Of a stretch of 64,000 nucleotides of DNA, positions 49,501 to 60,787 are shown piece after piece. Numbering within the stretch: position 1 is the first letter of the stretch; each line of letters starts with the position of its first letter. The notes below the pieces were generated by a model. The model did not search any database. It worked only from the letters and a program-made list of their open reading frames with translations, and was not told the origin of the DNA. This DNA comes from Oikopleura dioica (taxonomy: Eukaryota; Animalia; Chordata), in contig OU015567.1 of assembly GCA_907165135.1 (NCBI GenBank), positions 186,001-250,000 on the forward strand. Direction: 5' to 3'. Position numbers and translations under genes: made by a program.

Positions 49501-50863
49501 TATAATATTACATTATATTATATATTAATTTGGGGTTAAACCAATTTACGGAAAATTTAATTTTGGAGGGATTAATTTAGAACCGATTAGTGTGGATAGA
49601 ATAATTTAGAATCAATTAGTATGTCTAGAATAAAAAAGAACCAATTAGTGATGATGGAATAATTAAGAATCAATTAGTGTGTCTAGAATAAAAAAGAAAC
49701 GATTAGTGTGTCTAGAATAATAGAGAACCATTAAGTCCTTGGTTTAGTCCTTAATTTGGGTCTAAACCAATTTTCGGAAAATTTAATTTTGGAGAAATGA
49801 ATTCTGAAACGATTAATTTAGGAAAAATGAACTTTTTTGATTAATTTTTAAAAAATAATCTAGGACCGGTTAATATTGGAAATCCAAATCTCCAAAAATC
49901 ATTTTTGGATGACCAATAAGATTGCCGTATTTGGCCTACCGGCCAATCAAAACCCTGTCTATAAAATCACTTCCAAAATTAGTTCTTCCAAAATAAGTCG
50001 TTTCAAAATAGTTTCATCCCCACTATTTGTTTCTCAATTATTCTATCCCCACTAATTGTTTCTCTACTAACTTCTCCAACACTAAACTTTCCGAAAATTG
50101 GTTATACCCTTAATTTGTATAATATGTATAATTTATATATTTATAGACTAATAAAAGATCATCTAACAATAAGATACCAAAAAAACAAGCGAAAATCAAG
50201 GCTTCATGCCTTGATGGATTCAGAACCCTTTCCTTGCAGTAAAAATGCTCCTTGCAGTTGCTGAATTCTTGTAATTGCAAGAATAGCTGATTTTCGCACT
50301 TCGTCCAAAAACGATTCCATTTTTGACTGCACTTCCTATATGAAGCGCATTCTCCACGATAAAACGCTCGTCGTTTTGAAAGGCTACTGTTGCACCACAA
50401 CCGCCGACGGTCGAGCTTACGATTTCCCATTTATCATCATCTCCATCGACTGCAAGACAGTTCTCATCATTAAGGTGGATTGCGGCTTTAGCAACGTCGG
50501 GGACAACGCATTTGTCGATCAAAATCGAGACGCCTTCGGACGAGCATGTGACTGTTGCTTTTCCGGGAGAAATAACGCAATCTTTTTTGTTGCTTTCTTA
50601 GAAATTTTTAAAGTAAAAATACATATCCGCGTCTATATCTACATGATAAGAAACTTACTAAGCTCCCAACAAGGTGGGCAAGAGCATATCCCGTCGTTGC
50701 AAAAATGAGAACAGCCTCCATTTAGCAGCTTAAAGCAGCTTGGCGCCTCGGGTATAAATTGACATTCGACAAACGCCGCAAATATGAGTATTCTTATTTT
50801 TGTTAAAAACCTTTTTTAAATATATATGTAAATTATTTCCATTTTTCGCTACCTTAAAGTCAT
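43525..50863 (-). CDS. Secreted EGF + zona pellucida (ZP) domain protein, apparently continuing into a C-terminal kelch-like propeller
   Basis: MTLR|ILIFAAFVEC signal; CFKLLNGGCSHFCNDGICSCPPC EGF. ZP-N at 50220-50560 and ZP-C at 46200-46590. Kelch-like LYIFGG, HAFGKLGMYKNQPTTVGS and LLMLGGW at 43525-44600. Confidence 0.7.
45171..45691. mobile_element. MITE with GGG..CCC termini, 8-bp TSD TGTGCACG, and an array of ~20-bp GCAGAACTATTCTGC palindromic units
   Basis: tgtgcacg|gggag...tttccc|tgtgcacg. Ten or more tandem units at 45197-45390, and inverted units at the right end. Confidence 0.75.
47326..48076. mobile_element. TTAA-flanked foldback element with ~190-bp near-perfect TIRs
   Basis: ttaa|ggatataagctatgaatttgaa...ttcaaattcatagcttatatcc|ttaa. 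Confidence 0.9.
48081..48189. mobile_element. 109-bp piggyBac-like MITE sharing a TTAA with the preceding element
   Basis: ttaa|cccgttgccgagcgcg...cgcgctcggcaacggg|ttaa. Confidence 0.85.
48904..49444. mobile_element. MITE (AGGCATAACGCACA TIR) in (TA)n context, hosting a nested TTAA MITE
   Basis: aggcataacgcacagaaaaatc ... gatttttgtgcgttatgcct. Confidence 0.7.
49065..49401. mobile_element. GGACCCCC-family MITE, TTAA TSD
   Basis: ttaa|ggacccccc...gggggtcc|ttaa. Confidence 0.9.
49533..50109. mobile_element. MITE with GGG..CCC termini, 8-bp TSD TTAATTTG and ~29-bp internal tandem repeats
   Basis: ttaatttg|gggttaaaccaatt...aattggttataccc|ttaatttg. Confidence 0.75.
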
Positions 50864-50965
50864 AGACAACTTATTTACTAATCAAATCACAATCAATAAA
50901 ACTCATATGGATGTGGTTCATCTTTGGAATCCCCGGAATCGTCAACTTTACGTTGTAAAAATATA

Positions 50966-51606
50966 TAAGACAGATCTTTAAATCTAGGCCTGAAGGACAC
51001 TCTCACTATTTACAAACAACGTATATTTTGGATTCTATTTATTTAATCTGTATACAAAAATTTATCTTCCCATTTTAATTCTAGCGTAGGAAGTGTGGGG
51101 CGGTTTGGCGAAAATGCGAATTCCAAAGTTTTCAAAAAAGGCCCCTACGTTTTTTTTATCAACGTCATTTAACGATAGAGTTAATTATTAGCTCTAAATT
51201 AATCACTTAATTAAAGCTCAAAGTAAGCCTGAGCAATAACTATACCCATAATGAAGCATTTCGCGGAAAATCGTGCAGGTCATTATCATTAGTTCTATCG
51301 GTAAGGATTTTCAAAGGGCTTCATTTGTTATTGAAAAGATTTTTTCGATAGAAATTATCAGGGGGTTTTGGCGCTAGAGAGCCTCCAAGAAACACCAATT
51401 GTCAAAAATCGTGATTTTGCGTCATTTTTGAACACGATTTTTTCTATGAAAATACAGTGAAACCCTTACCTAAGGCCCAGCAACTTAAGGCCCCTTTTTA
51501 AAAAAAATAAATTTTTGTTTACAGATTAAATAAATAAAATCCAAAATATACGTTGTTTGTAAATAATGAGAGTGTCCTTCAGGCCTAGATTTAAAGATCT
51601 ATCTTA
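50966..51606. mobile_element. Element with ~85-bp TIRs
   Basis: agatctttaaatctaggcctgaaggacac...ctgta versus tacagattaaataaa...ggcctagatttaaagatct. Confidence 0.75.
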
Positions 51607-52409
51607 GATCTTACTATTGACAAGAGCTTTTTAAAAAATTCCTTCATTTTTGCCATGTAAAGACCCCTCAAAATTGGCATCTCGGACTGTTTTTATGTAC
51701 GTAAAATGATTTTTAAAAAATGTAATTCGTTGTTGTTATGAGCGCCGGTCAAAAATGCCTAATTTCGGATAAATCGTTGAGGACCCTCTCAAGGTTTGTT
51801 ACCTAATGATTCTGTTGAATTATTTTATGTGGCATCCCAATGAGCAATAAGTCTAGGACTTTCTATTGAACTATCTCTTTTAGATAAATTTCAGTTTTTT
51901 AATTCCAACTTACTAAATAAATATCTGAATTCTGATCTGCCGAAAAAAATTATTTTTAATTAAACATATCAAATTTTTATAATCGTAGAAAATAAATATG
52001 TCTTGAATAAATTTTTAACCGGAATCTGAATATTTTCTTCATCAATCTCTTGCTGCCTTGCTCAAAAATGCTAAACGTTCTTTTTAATTTAATGCTCTTT
52101 TGGTGGTGGTGTACGGGCTGTCAAGCAAGTTAACTTTTCAAACCTCGGGCGATTTAAATAAAGCGAATTTTGTTAAGAAGCTCGCTGAGTGAGTGGCGCT
52201 CGAGAGCTTTTCCTCTGAAAACTGATAAAAGTTCATTTCTTCTTCTATAAAAAGTCTTACACGTTGCTTAAGAACTTGAAGTGTACAGAAGAGCCCGTCG
52301 AATTATTGAGATTTTTGACTTTCAATCGACTAATTTGTTAAGATTTATGAATGCTCAAGGGGCTTCGTGATAAGGCATTTCGAGAAAAGGTTTCGAAAAA
52401 GATTAATGT

Positions 52410-53620
52410 TTATTTTAATGACAGAAAAAACGAGGCGGAAATCGAAGTCAAAAATGACCGAGTCAAGATAAAGGGGAAACTAAGGTTGTATTTTTGTGAT
52501 TTCATAAATTTTCTGAAAAGAGACCATCTTCGAACATCATTCGCTGAATTGTTTGTATCATCTCGAAAGCATGAACATAAATTCCGTCTATAAAAATTTA
52601 AGAAAAATAATTTTTCAGTAAATATAAAAAGGACCTAAAAATACCTTTTCTAATGATAGTTTTCTCCAGGCATCTTTTCGTTGATGCGCATCTTTTTTGC
52701 TCTCTTTATATTGCGGATCGGATATGATCGAGAATTATTTTCAATAAATTCTTCATCTTCTTGATCTTGCTCCAACTCTTCTAATTCACGTCTTTTTCAA
52801 GAATTTTATCCTCTCTAGGAACTTCAAAGTCAAAAAGCATAACGTCATTATCCCGGGATAGATCAAAATTATTTGGTTTTCTGGTTGATGAAATAAGCGA
52901 TGATTCTTGATTCTTTGAGAGTATCATCATTTTTGATCTCGTCGATGTTGACATCGTTGTTGAAGTTGTCGTTTTTGATGGTTCACTTGATCTTGTTGTG
53001 TTTTGCGTTGTGGATTTTGTCGTTTTTGGTTTGGGAGTCGTCGACTCGATCTCTTCCGTCTTCCACTTGCATCCGGTGAAGACATTGAATGGTCCCACAT
53101 TTGTATGACAGTAACACGTCCTTTTAAAGGCATAAAGATCTCTTATTTATAATCCAAAATCAGGCGTAAACCTTTTCCTTTGATATTCTTTTGTCTCGGA
53201 TTCGCTGAAACTCCGCGCAAAAGCAGTGCAGCTGGAAAATTCAGAAATACCATTAGGACAGTTCCATTCCCCACAAATCCGTGAAGAATCGCTTTCATTG
53301 CAAAAGAACTCTTTCTTTTCAGAGCATTGGTCACGTGATTCGACGAATACGTCATAGCCATTGTATGACGCTTTTGGCGAATTTTCTTTTCCTTGAACTG
53401 AATCAGAAATTAAATTACAGATCCATCAGACTGGTTTATTATTCAAATTATCTTTTTAAATAAATTGTGGAATTTTAAGCCTTGACTGAATTTACAAATA
53501 ATTTTTGCATAAATTCTGCCATGAAAAACCAAAGGAGCAGTTTTTTTATTTAAGACTATCATCCGTATCTCGTAAAAGCTTACCTTGAACAGCAAGAGAA
53601 AACAAAGCAAACAAAAACAT
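52410..53620 (-). CDS. Small secreted protein with a Cys-containing N-terminus and a Thr/Ser-rich mucin-like segment; 3' exons uncertain
   Basis: MFLFALFSLAVQ signal; RDQCSEKKEFFCNESDSSRICGEWNCPN; TCYCHTN..GCKW; STTPKPKTTKSTT. Confidence 0.5.
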
Positions 53621-54479
53621 GATTTTGTTCTTTATTAACCGATTTCCTCTTTGACGAAAACAGGAAATGAGCTTGATAGCGTTTGACAACGCAATTTAAA
53701 TTGAGCTGCTTTGTTTATCTACAAACCAACGAAATTAGGTTTCAGGAGGAATTTTCAAAAAGACCAATCAAAACAAACTCAATTTATCCGCATTAAAAGG
53801 TTTTAAGATTAAAAATCAATTTGTCACTGATTCAGAAGGGATAATTTCCGGAGCGAATATTTACAATTTTTTGTTATTAAAGCGCCTGGAATCGACAAAA
53901 ATCAAGACACGAAAACACCGAATTGCAAATTTACCATGGTCTATGGTCCAATTTGTATATTCAGATAACTGAAGAAGAATACTCATTTCACCCACCAAAA
54001 ATGCGAGTGTGCGCTCCGCGCCTGTTTGCGGGTGCCCTCCTTGTGCCGGGAAAAACCTTGAAATCCCGGCACACGGAGGGTCAAATCCCAAACGTTCTAG
54101 AAATCCCCTGTTTCCGTCTTTTTAAAGGTTATGTAAAAGGTTTTCTTTAATGTTTGGTCAGGGAAGAGAACGATAAAATACTGGCGATGCTCTTCTAAGT
54201 AAAAATTCAAAGTATTTATCAATCATATATTTGGATAGGAGTGCTGCGAGTTTTTATCCATGAAATTAGTTTTATCATCTGTTTTTGACTCTTTTGTCGG
54301 CCAAGCAGATTATTTATCTTTTTGACCGTATTCTTCTTTTATTTGGGTTAGGGTTAGGCAAAAAAAAATTAAAAGACTGTCTTGAATTTTATTATTCGAT
54401 TAGTTTTTCTTCAAAAACACTCGATTTGAAGAGTTTCTTGGTCAAAAATCAATGGCTTTTTGGGATCTCTAGAACGCCA

Positions 54480-55080
54480 CTTTAGTTTTTTTCAGAAACT
54501 GTCTTAGGTAGACCCTTAATTTCAATTGCATCCTTTTGACGAAACCCTCGACTACACCCGTTTGATTAATAATGAATTTTCGATATCAAACTTAAGGTTA
54601 TACAGACCGTTAAAGGTAAGGTTGGAAAATGAAGGTTTTTCGAGGTTTTAATGAGGGTACAATCTTTATTTTTTCCAGGTTAAAAATAAGGCCCTGAGCT
54701 TTAATAATTACCCTTTTGACAGTTTTTGCTAAATGAATTTAAGAAGGTCAGCCCCTTTAAAAATTTATAAGGCGAAAATAAAGCAAAATTTTAGACTGTC
54801 ATTTTAGAGTTTCCTGCCTTGAATCATTTTTTTTTTGACAATTTGTATGAAAGAAATGCATTAAATAATAAGAATTCCCTCAATTTTCATTAAAAAAGAG
54901 CAAATCAAAGATTTTCAGAAAAAAATGAAACGCAAATTTCCCATTCATAAAGCCAATCTTAACTTAATTTTCTAAAGCAGCAAAAATTGTGTAGGTAAAA
55001 GTCTTTCTTTGTTGTCTAAAGAACCAAAAAGCCAACAAATAATAAAAATTTTGACATTATCCATCTTGATGGGGGGGGTC
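54480..55080. mobile_element. Diverged inverted relative of the 6428-7080 MITE
   Basis: Ends ccatcttgatggggggggtc. Internal reverse-complement similarity to 6430-7030. Confidence 0.6.
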
Positions 55081-55804
55081 TTTTCCGAGGTTAACTTCAA
55101 ATTCAAAAAGCATTTTGACTTCCGTGAATAATCAAAATTCTACTTCTTAATCAGGTTTCTTCGCTATTTTGCTCACTTAGACTCTTAATTTTGACGACCT
55201 CCTCCTTCATTAGCACTGATTAATCTCATTTTCATTCCTTCTTTGGAAAATTATATTTCGCGGTTTCGATTTAAACAAAGACTCTTTCAGTGTCCAAAAT
55301 CATTAAATTAAATATAAAAGCATAAAAACAAAACTTGTAGAAAGATCCAATAGCGGTTTAAAGTTTTTAGGTCGGAGGAAGTTACCTGCAACCGCTTTAT
55401 GATTGCAAATGCTTAATTATTTGCTTAATTTATACTGCATTACAATTTTTGGCCATTTTTTGGCGCTGAAGAGCAATTGAATACCAAAAAACCGCCAAAA
55501 ATCGCTTCAAAAAGTATAAGAACTAGGAAATTTTCGTTCGCAAATCAGATTATGCTGGTTCTTCCAGAATAATAAGTTCAGGGTCACAACTTTCTTCTAC
55601 AGTTAAAAGCTTTAAAATTAAAAAGCCAACAAAAAAGAAGATACCATTTCAAAAGGGCCTAAATGGCCATTTTTGCCAACCTCAATCACTTTGACGGTCT
55701 CTTATGCATAAGCCAATGGCGAGAAAGAGAGCTTATTCAATCAGAATATCTTTATTTAAAAATGAGCTTCCCCAGGGGTAAACCAAAATAAGTAAGTCTT
55801 AAGC

Positions 55805-56219
55805 TAGGACGTGACAGCAAAGGAGCGAACAAGAAAGTTTCATACACAAAAGGATGAAATAAGAAAGTATCATACATTAAAGTATCAAATAAGAAAGTAT
55901 CATACACGAAAGGATCAAATTATAACGGAAGATCCAAGCCAGTACTTTGCAAGATTGGATCGGGCATACATTTGAAAATGATTGAGGATGGGTTTCTTAT
56001 AGGCCGGTAGGCCTTATACGGCAATCTTATTGGTTCCAAAAAAATTTGATCCTTTAATGCTTGATACTATTTAATTTGGTACTTTCATGTATGATACTTT
56101 CTTATTTGATCCTTTCGTGTATGATACTTTCATGTTTGATACTTTAATGTATGATACTTTTTTATTTGATCTTTTCGTGTATGATACTTTCTTGTTCGCT
56201 CCTTCGCTGTCACGTCCTA
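55805..56219. mobile_element. MITE with TAGGACGTGACAGC TIRs and ~29-bp subterminal tandem repeats
   Basis: taggacgtgacagcaaaggagcgaacaagaaag ... ctttcttgttcgctccttcgctgtcacgtccta. Confidence 0.8.
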
Positions 56220-56768
56220 TCTTATTACTTCCTTATTTTAGTTTGTGCCCTTCCCCATGAGCGCTTGATCAGCCTCGTACGTAAGACCAACAAAAAAAGA
56301 TACGGGTTTAAGTTTCAGAAATCGGGGAGGGGGGGATCCCTTGCTGGAAATTCTAATTTGCTGGAAAAGCTAACGGCTGGAAAAGCTAATGGCTGGAAAA
56401 GCTCCCGTCTCCCTTAAAAATGGGCAAAAAGAAGCAAAGTTTCCTTCAAAAGAAATTATCGAAATCCTTAGTTGATGCTGAGAAATTAAATTTACATTGA
56501 TTGATCTCATTAAAATATTCCCCCTTATGATCGGTTTTCGTGGTTTTTTAAAGTAAACATTGCTGTCTTATATAAATTGCGATGGTAACGGACATCTCCT
56601 TCATTTCCGGTTTTTTGTCACAAGTGAATTTCCGGACACAAAAAATTTCGGAAGTAAAAATAATCCTTTTTGGTCTCGAACAGGTGTAAGTTAAAAAAAA
56701 ATCGTCAAATTTTTCAACAAAAAATCAGAAAGATTTACTCAGCTCATTTATACCAATTTTCGAAGAAA

Positions 56769-59700
56769 ATGAAGATTTTTATTTTTCAATTGCTGTGTCT
56801 TTCCGTAAAAGCTTCCGGAAGCTACAATCTATCAAATGACCCCAAGCCCGAGATAAGTCTCCAAGCGTTGAACGATAAAACAGATATCATTCCCGACGAA
56901 CTAAACTGTTCTCTGTCCAATGGACAATTTCTGAATGCTGGTAAGCGTCATTCACGTTTTCAACAAGTTGAATCATTACGATTTGCACTAATTCATATTT
57001 CTGTATGTTTAGCCGACTGGGTTTGCCGGAACTTAAATCGATCAATCAAGCGTCTTCAACCAGAGATCCCTGAATGTGAGCAATAATGATTCAAACGCCA
57101 TTTTAGGCTAAAAAAGTCGAGATAAACCCAACTAAAAATTTTGAAATTCCGAAAATAAATTTTTCAGAAAGTATTGACGGGGGGGGGGGGTTATTAAAAT
57201 TCAAAAAAAGTTTGTTGTCCTAGATTTTTCGGAAATATTAAGGAAAAGAATTTTAAGCGATTGCTGAATATGTTTGCAGTCCGCTCCCTCCTCTTTTAAA
57301 CGGTGAAATTTTCTGTTTCGACGAATGGAAGATCGGAACCGTTTGCATGGGTGTTTGCAAAAATGGATGGATTCTCGGTAAATATAATAATTTTTCATTC
57401 AATAAAATCAATGAGATTTGCCTTAACTCGATAAGGATATTTTGACAGTTTGTTATTGAAGAGCCTCATAAACGAAAAAAACGATGCTTACCGACGAGAA
57501 ATCGGAAAGAAAGGAGGACAGAAGAGAGTCCCGTCAAATGGAATTTTGCTAAATCAAATTTTAAATGCGTCAAAGATTACCAGGGTAAGCGAGAAAAAAA
57601 GTAATTTCTTTCTTAAAATATTCAATAAGAATCACCTTGCTCAAATAACAAGGGAGGCTGCTCTCACGAATGCATCGACAAAGGAGACATGATTCCGATC
57701 TGCGTTTGTCCCTGCGGGCATACTCTCGCGAACGACGGAAAAACCTGCATTGATGAGCGAAAGTGTCCACTAGATATTTCGCTTTGGCTTGATGGAACGA
57801 CTTCAGCATGCGCAAAAGACGGATTCAATCACGCTCAAAAAACTATGATGGCGAATTTGGTCGGCTTTTTGGATCATGAGGTTCGTAAGAAATTCAAAAA
57901 TAACAAGTGATTGTCTTTCGTTCATACTTTGGTATTCAGTCTCATAACTTCGACGCGAAAATCTTCGCCGCGTCCTACGGTGACGGTCAAGTCCAACAGA
58001 ACGCCTCTCATTTTGTAACGCCTCTTCTTCATGAAATTCAAGAGTTTCTTGATGCTCTGACAATTTCATGCGCAAACAATTCGATTGCAGACGTCTTTCA
58101 AAAAGTAAATAAGATAATGATTAAATTTATCGCCTAAAAATTCCTTTTTTCTTCAGAGACGTGATCAAGCATTTGATTCTACAACAGTCTCCGTTATCAC
58201 CCTTGCTGCCGAGTTGTTGGACCCGTCAGAACTGATAAAAATGAACCGACCGAGAACAGATACAACGATTGTCATAGTTGACAGACAAAGGGCAACGAAA
58301 CAAGCACTGATCCAAGCTTCTATTCTTGCCTGCAATCATGAAAATACCCAAAGATGCGAAAATATTTTCAACCTTAACGAAGGTAAATTATGATAATTTA
58401 TAAAATTTTAATAATTTAATAATTTTAAATAATGTTGATAAATGACATCGGTGTAAATGAGTTTGATGTGAAGTTTTATTGCATATCGATTTCGGCTTTA
58501 AGCCATCGTCAGTGCAGAGAACTAGAACAAGTGGAAATAAAATCCAAACGCAACTCCTTACCGTCTTGGGATTGAGGACGAACTAAAATTCCTTTCAGCA
58601 AAAAACTGACTAACAATAGTATTCTAGAGAAATTATAAACGAAAGATATTTTTGATTTTTCAGAGGCACCTTTTGCGCATTTATCCTTCTCGAAATTTTA
58701 CGATGAGAATTCCTTACACAGGTCATCGAGTTTCGAAAATAACTCAGGGCTTACGAAAACTCATCAAATCTTTTATTCCGAATTTTAATCTACACTTTCC
58801 CCACAAGACACTCACTGTTCGAAACACTTTGATCTCGCACTTGATGCCCAAAATTGAACAGACTAATTCGCTAAACTCAGTTTATCTTTTTACTTGTTAT
58901 TGTAATAATCAGTATGTTGGGGAGACGGAAAATTTGAATCAACGCTGTCAGGATCATCAACAGCCTTCAAAACAAACAGCGATTTATACACACACTTCTG
59001 AATGCCAACTTTATCAGACTAAATTTGCAGAGTTTAGTCAGACAAATAATTTCGAGTCTCGGTTTAATTTTCTTCGTAATAGAATTGAAATTTTACATTC
59101 GAATTTAGATTATAGAACCCGTGTTCAGACAGAACCAATCGAAATAAGACTCAGACGTCCACGGCTGAATCGACAAGTCCAACATAAATCCCTAGTGATT
59201 ATTTAATGTTAACCATTCAGAGGCTTCTATAAATGCGCAAAAGGTGCCTCTGAAAAATCAAAAATATCTTTCGTTTATAATTTCTCTAGAATACTATTGT
59301 TAGTCAGTTTTTTGCTGAAAGGAATTTTAGTTCGTCCTCAATCCCAAGACGGTAAGGAGTTGCGTTTGGATTTTATTTCCACTTGTTCTAGTTCTCTGCA
59401 CTAACGATGGCTTAAAGCCGAAATCGATATGCAATAAAACTTCACATCAAACTCATTTTAAATAATATATAATAAATATATATAATATTAAATTATAAGA
59501 TAACATTTTGTTTTTCGGGTTTCAAACAAAAATAAAATCATTTAAGTGTTATCTCCCGGAGAAATCTTAAACCGTGTGAGCCGTGAGTCTTGCTTCAGCA
59601 GAAATTATATGTCAACAATTTCATGCGGCGATTTCTTCATGGAGCTGGATGTGCCTATCTGTTCGTTAAGAGGACTTCAACAAGAAGATTTGATTTTAAA

Positions 59701-60787
59701 CGCGGGAAAGGATGGGTCGTGCACCCCGACTTTGGAAAATAATGGTAAATAGATATTTAAATAAAAAATACTTTTTTTTTTAATTTCAAAAGTAATAAGC
59801 TTTGCATTCTTGAATTCGATTCTAATCAAATGAAAGGAACTCACTACAAGTGGATCATTGGTTACGAAGATTGCGGAACTAAACGGACTGTTGATGAAAA
59901 ACTTGAAAAAATCACTTTTACCAACAATATGCGGACATGGATCAACCGAGATGCTCCCGTTTTTCCAGTCCTTCCTGAATTCAATATTGATCTTGAATGT
60001 GCTGTTTCGACCAGTTTCGAATTTTTCTCTCAGGGCGACTTCTACCCTGAGCTTAGCTCCTTCAGGGGAGTGGCAAACTCAATCGGTACGTTGAATATAA
60101 GCTTGTTGTCATGAGGCCGGCATTCATAAAAAATGATTTTTGACATATAGAAAGAGAAATCAGCTTTCAGGATCCTATTGGAATGATTTTTATTCTCTTA
60201 TTTTCTTTCAGGAAGTCAAACTGGCAACCTGCAAATATACGCCGACCCGAGCTTCACAGAAACTTGGGACGAGAAAATCATGGGAACAGGCGTGGATCTA
60301 TTCGTCGAGTCGAATTTCACTTTCGTGGATGCGAGCAGGGAGCTACAAGTCACTGATTGTGTCGCCAGTTCAGGAGAACTCATCGACCTCGTATCCGTGT
60401 CGGATAAGCCAGTCCTGAAGATGATTGAAGGCGGATGTTTAACCGATAGGACTGTAAAGATTCTTCCTCGAGGGCCGAGAAATCAAGTGCGATTCCAATT
60501 TAAAAGCTTCCGATTTCATGGCGAGCTGAGTGGTGCAAAGGTGACTTATATAAAATAATATTAGCTCAAATTTTTTTTAATTTTTTAAAACTTTGTTAAT
60601 AAAATTCAAAATATGCGATTTTCGGCGCTGATTCGAAAATAATTCTCTTATTTAGATAAATATACAATGCAAATTTAAAACCTGCGAAACTAAAAACTGT
60701 GCCTCGATAGCAAAATGTACAGGAGAAATCAGAAAAATACAACGGAGAGCTGCAGTTACTTCTCGCTTTCAATTTTCCCCAGTCTGA
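56769..60787 (+). CDS. Secreted sushi/CCP + EGF + VWA-like + ZP-domain protein
   Basis: [15 protein letters not shown] signal; [25 protein letters not shown] sushi; [31 protein letters not shown]; [13 protein letters not shown]-like; ZP motifs EDCGT..FTN and [27 protein letters not shown]. Confidence 0.8.
58480..58516 (-). ncRNA. Minimal type-I hammerhead ribozyme (intact)
   Basis: UGCA-CUGACGA-U-GGC-UUAAA-GCC-GAAA-UCGA-UA-UGCA then AUAAA. Palindromic stem III AUCGAU. Confidence 0.85.
58685..59206 (+). CDS. Penelope-type GIY-YIG (Uri) endonuclease domain, 5'-truncated (RT absent)
   Basis: RIPYTG..; [42 protein letters not shown]...PRLN pattern. Confidence 0.85.
   Translation, partial: PSRNFTMRIPYTGHRVSKITQGLRKLIKSFIPNFNLHFPHKTLTVRNTLISHLMPKIEQTNSLNSVYLFTCYCNNQYVGETENLNQRCQDHQQPSKQTAIYTHTSECQLYQTKFAEFSQTNNFESRFNFLRNRIEILHSNLDYRTRVQTEPIEIRLRRPRLNRQVQHKSLVII
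59397..59433 (+). ncRNA. Hammerhead copy with a core mutation (CUGA>CUAA), probably inactive
   Basis: UGCA-CUAACGA-UGGCUUAAAGCC-GAAA-UCGA-UA-UGCA. It differs from the left copy at conserved G5. Confidence 0.7.

Larger units (their letters stand above)
58431..59458 (+). mobile_element. 5'-truncated Penelope-like retroelement: GIY-YIG ORF end flanked by 230-bp inverted pseudo-LTRs, in an intron
   Basis: 58455-58684 is the reverse complement of 59229-59458. Each arm contains a hammerhead followed by AATAAA. The GIY-YIG ORF lies between the arms. Confidence 0.9.
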
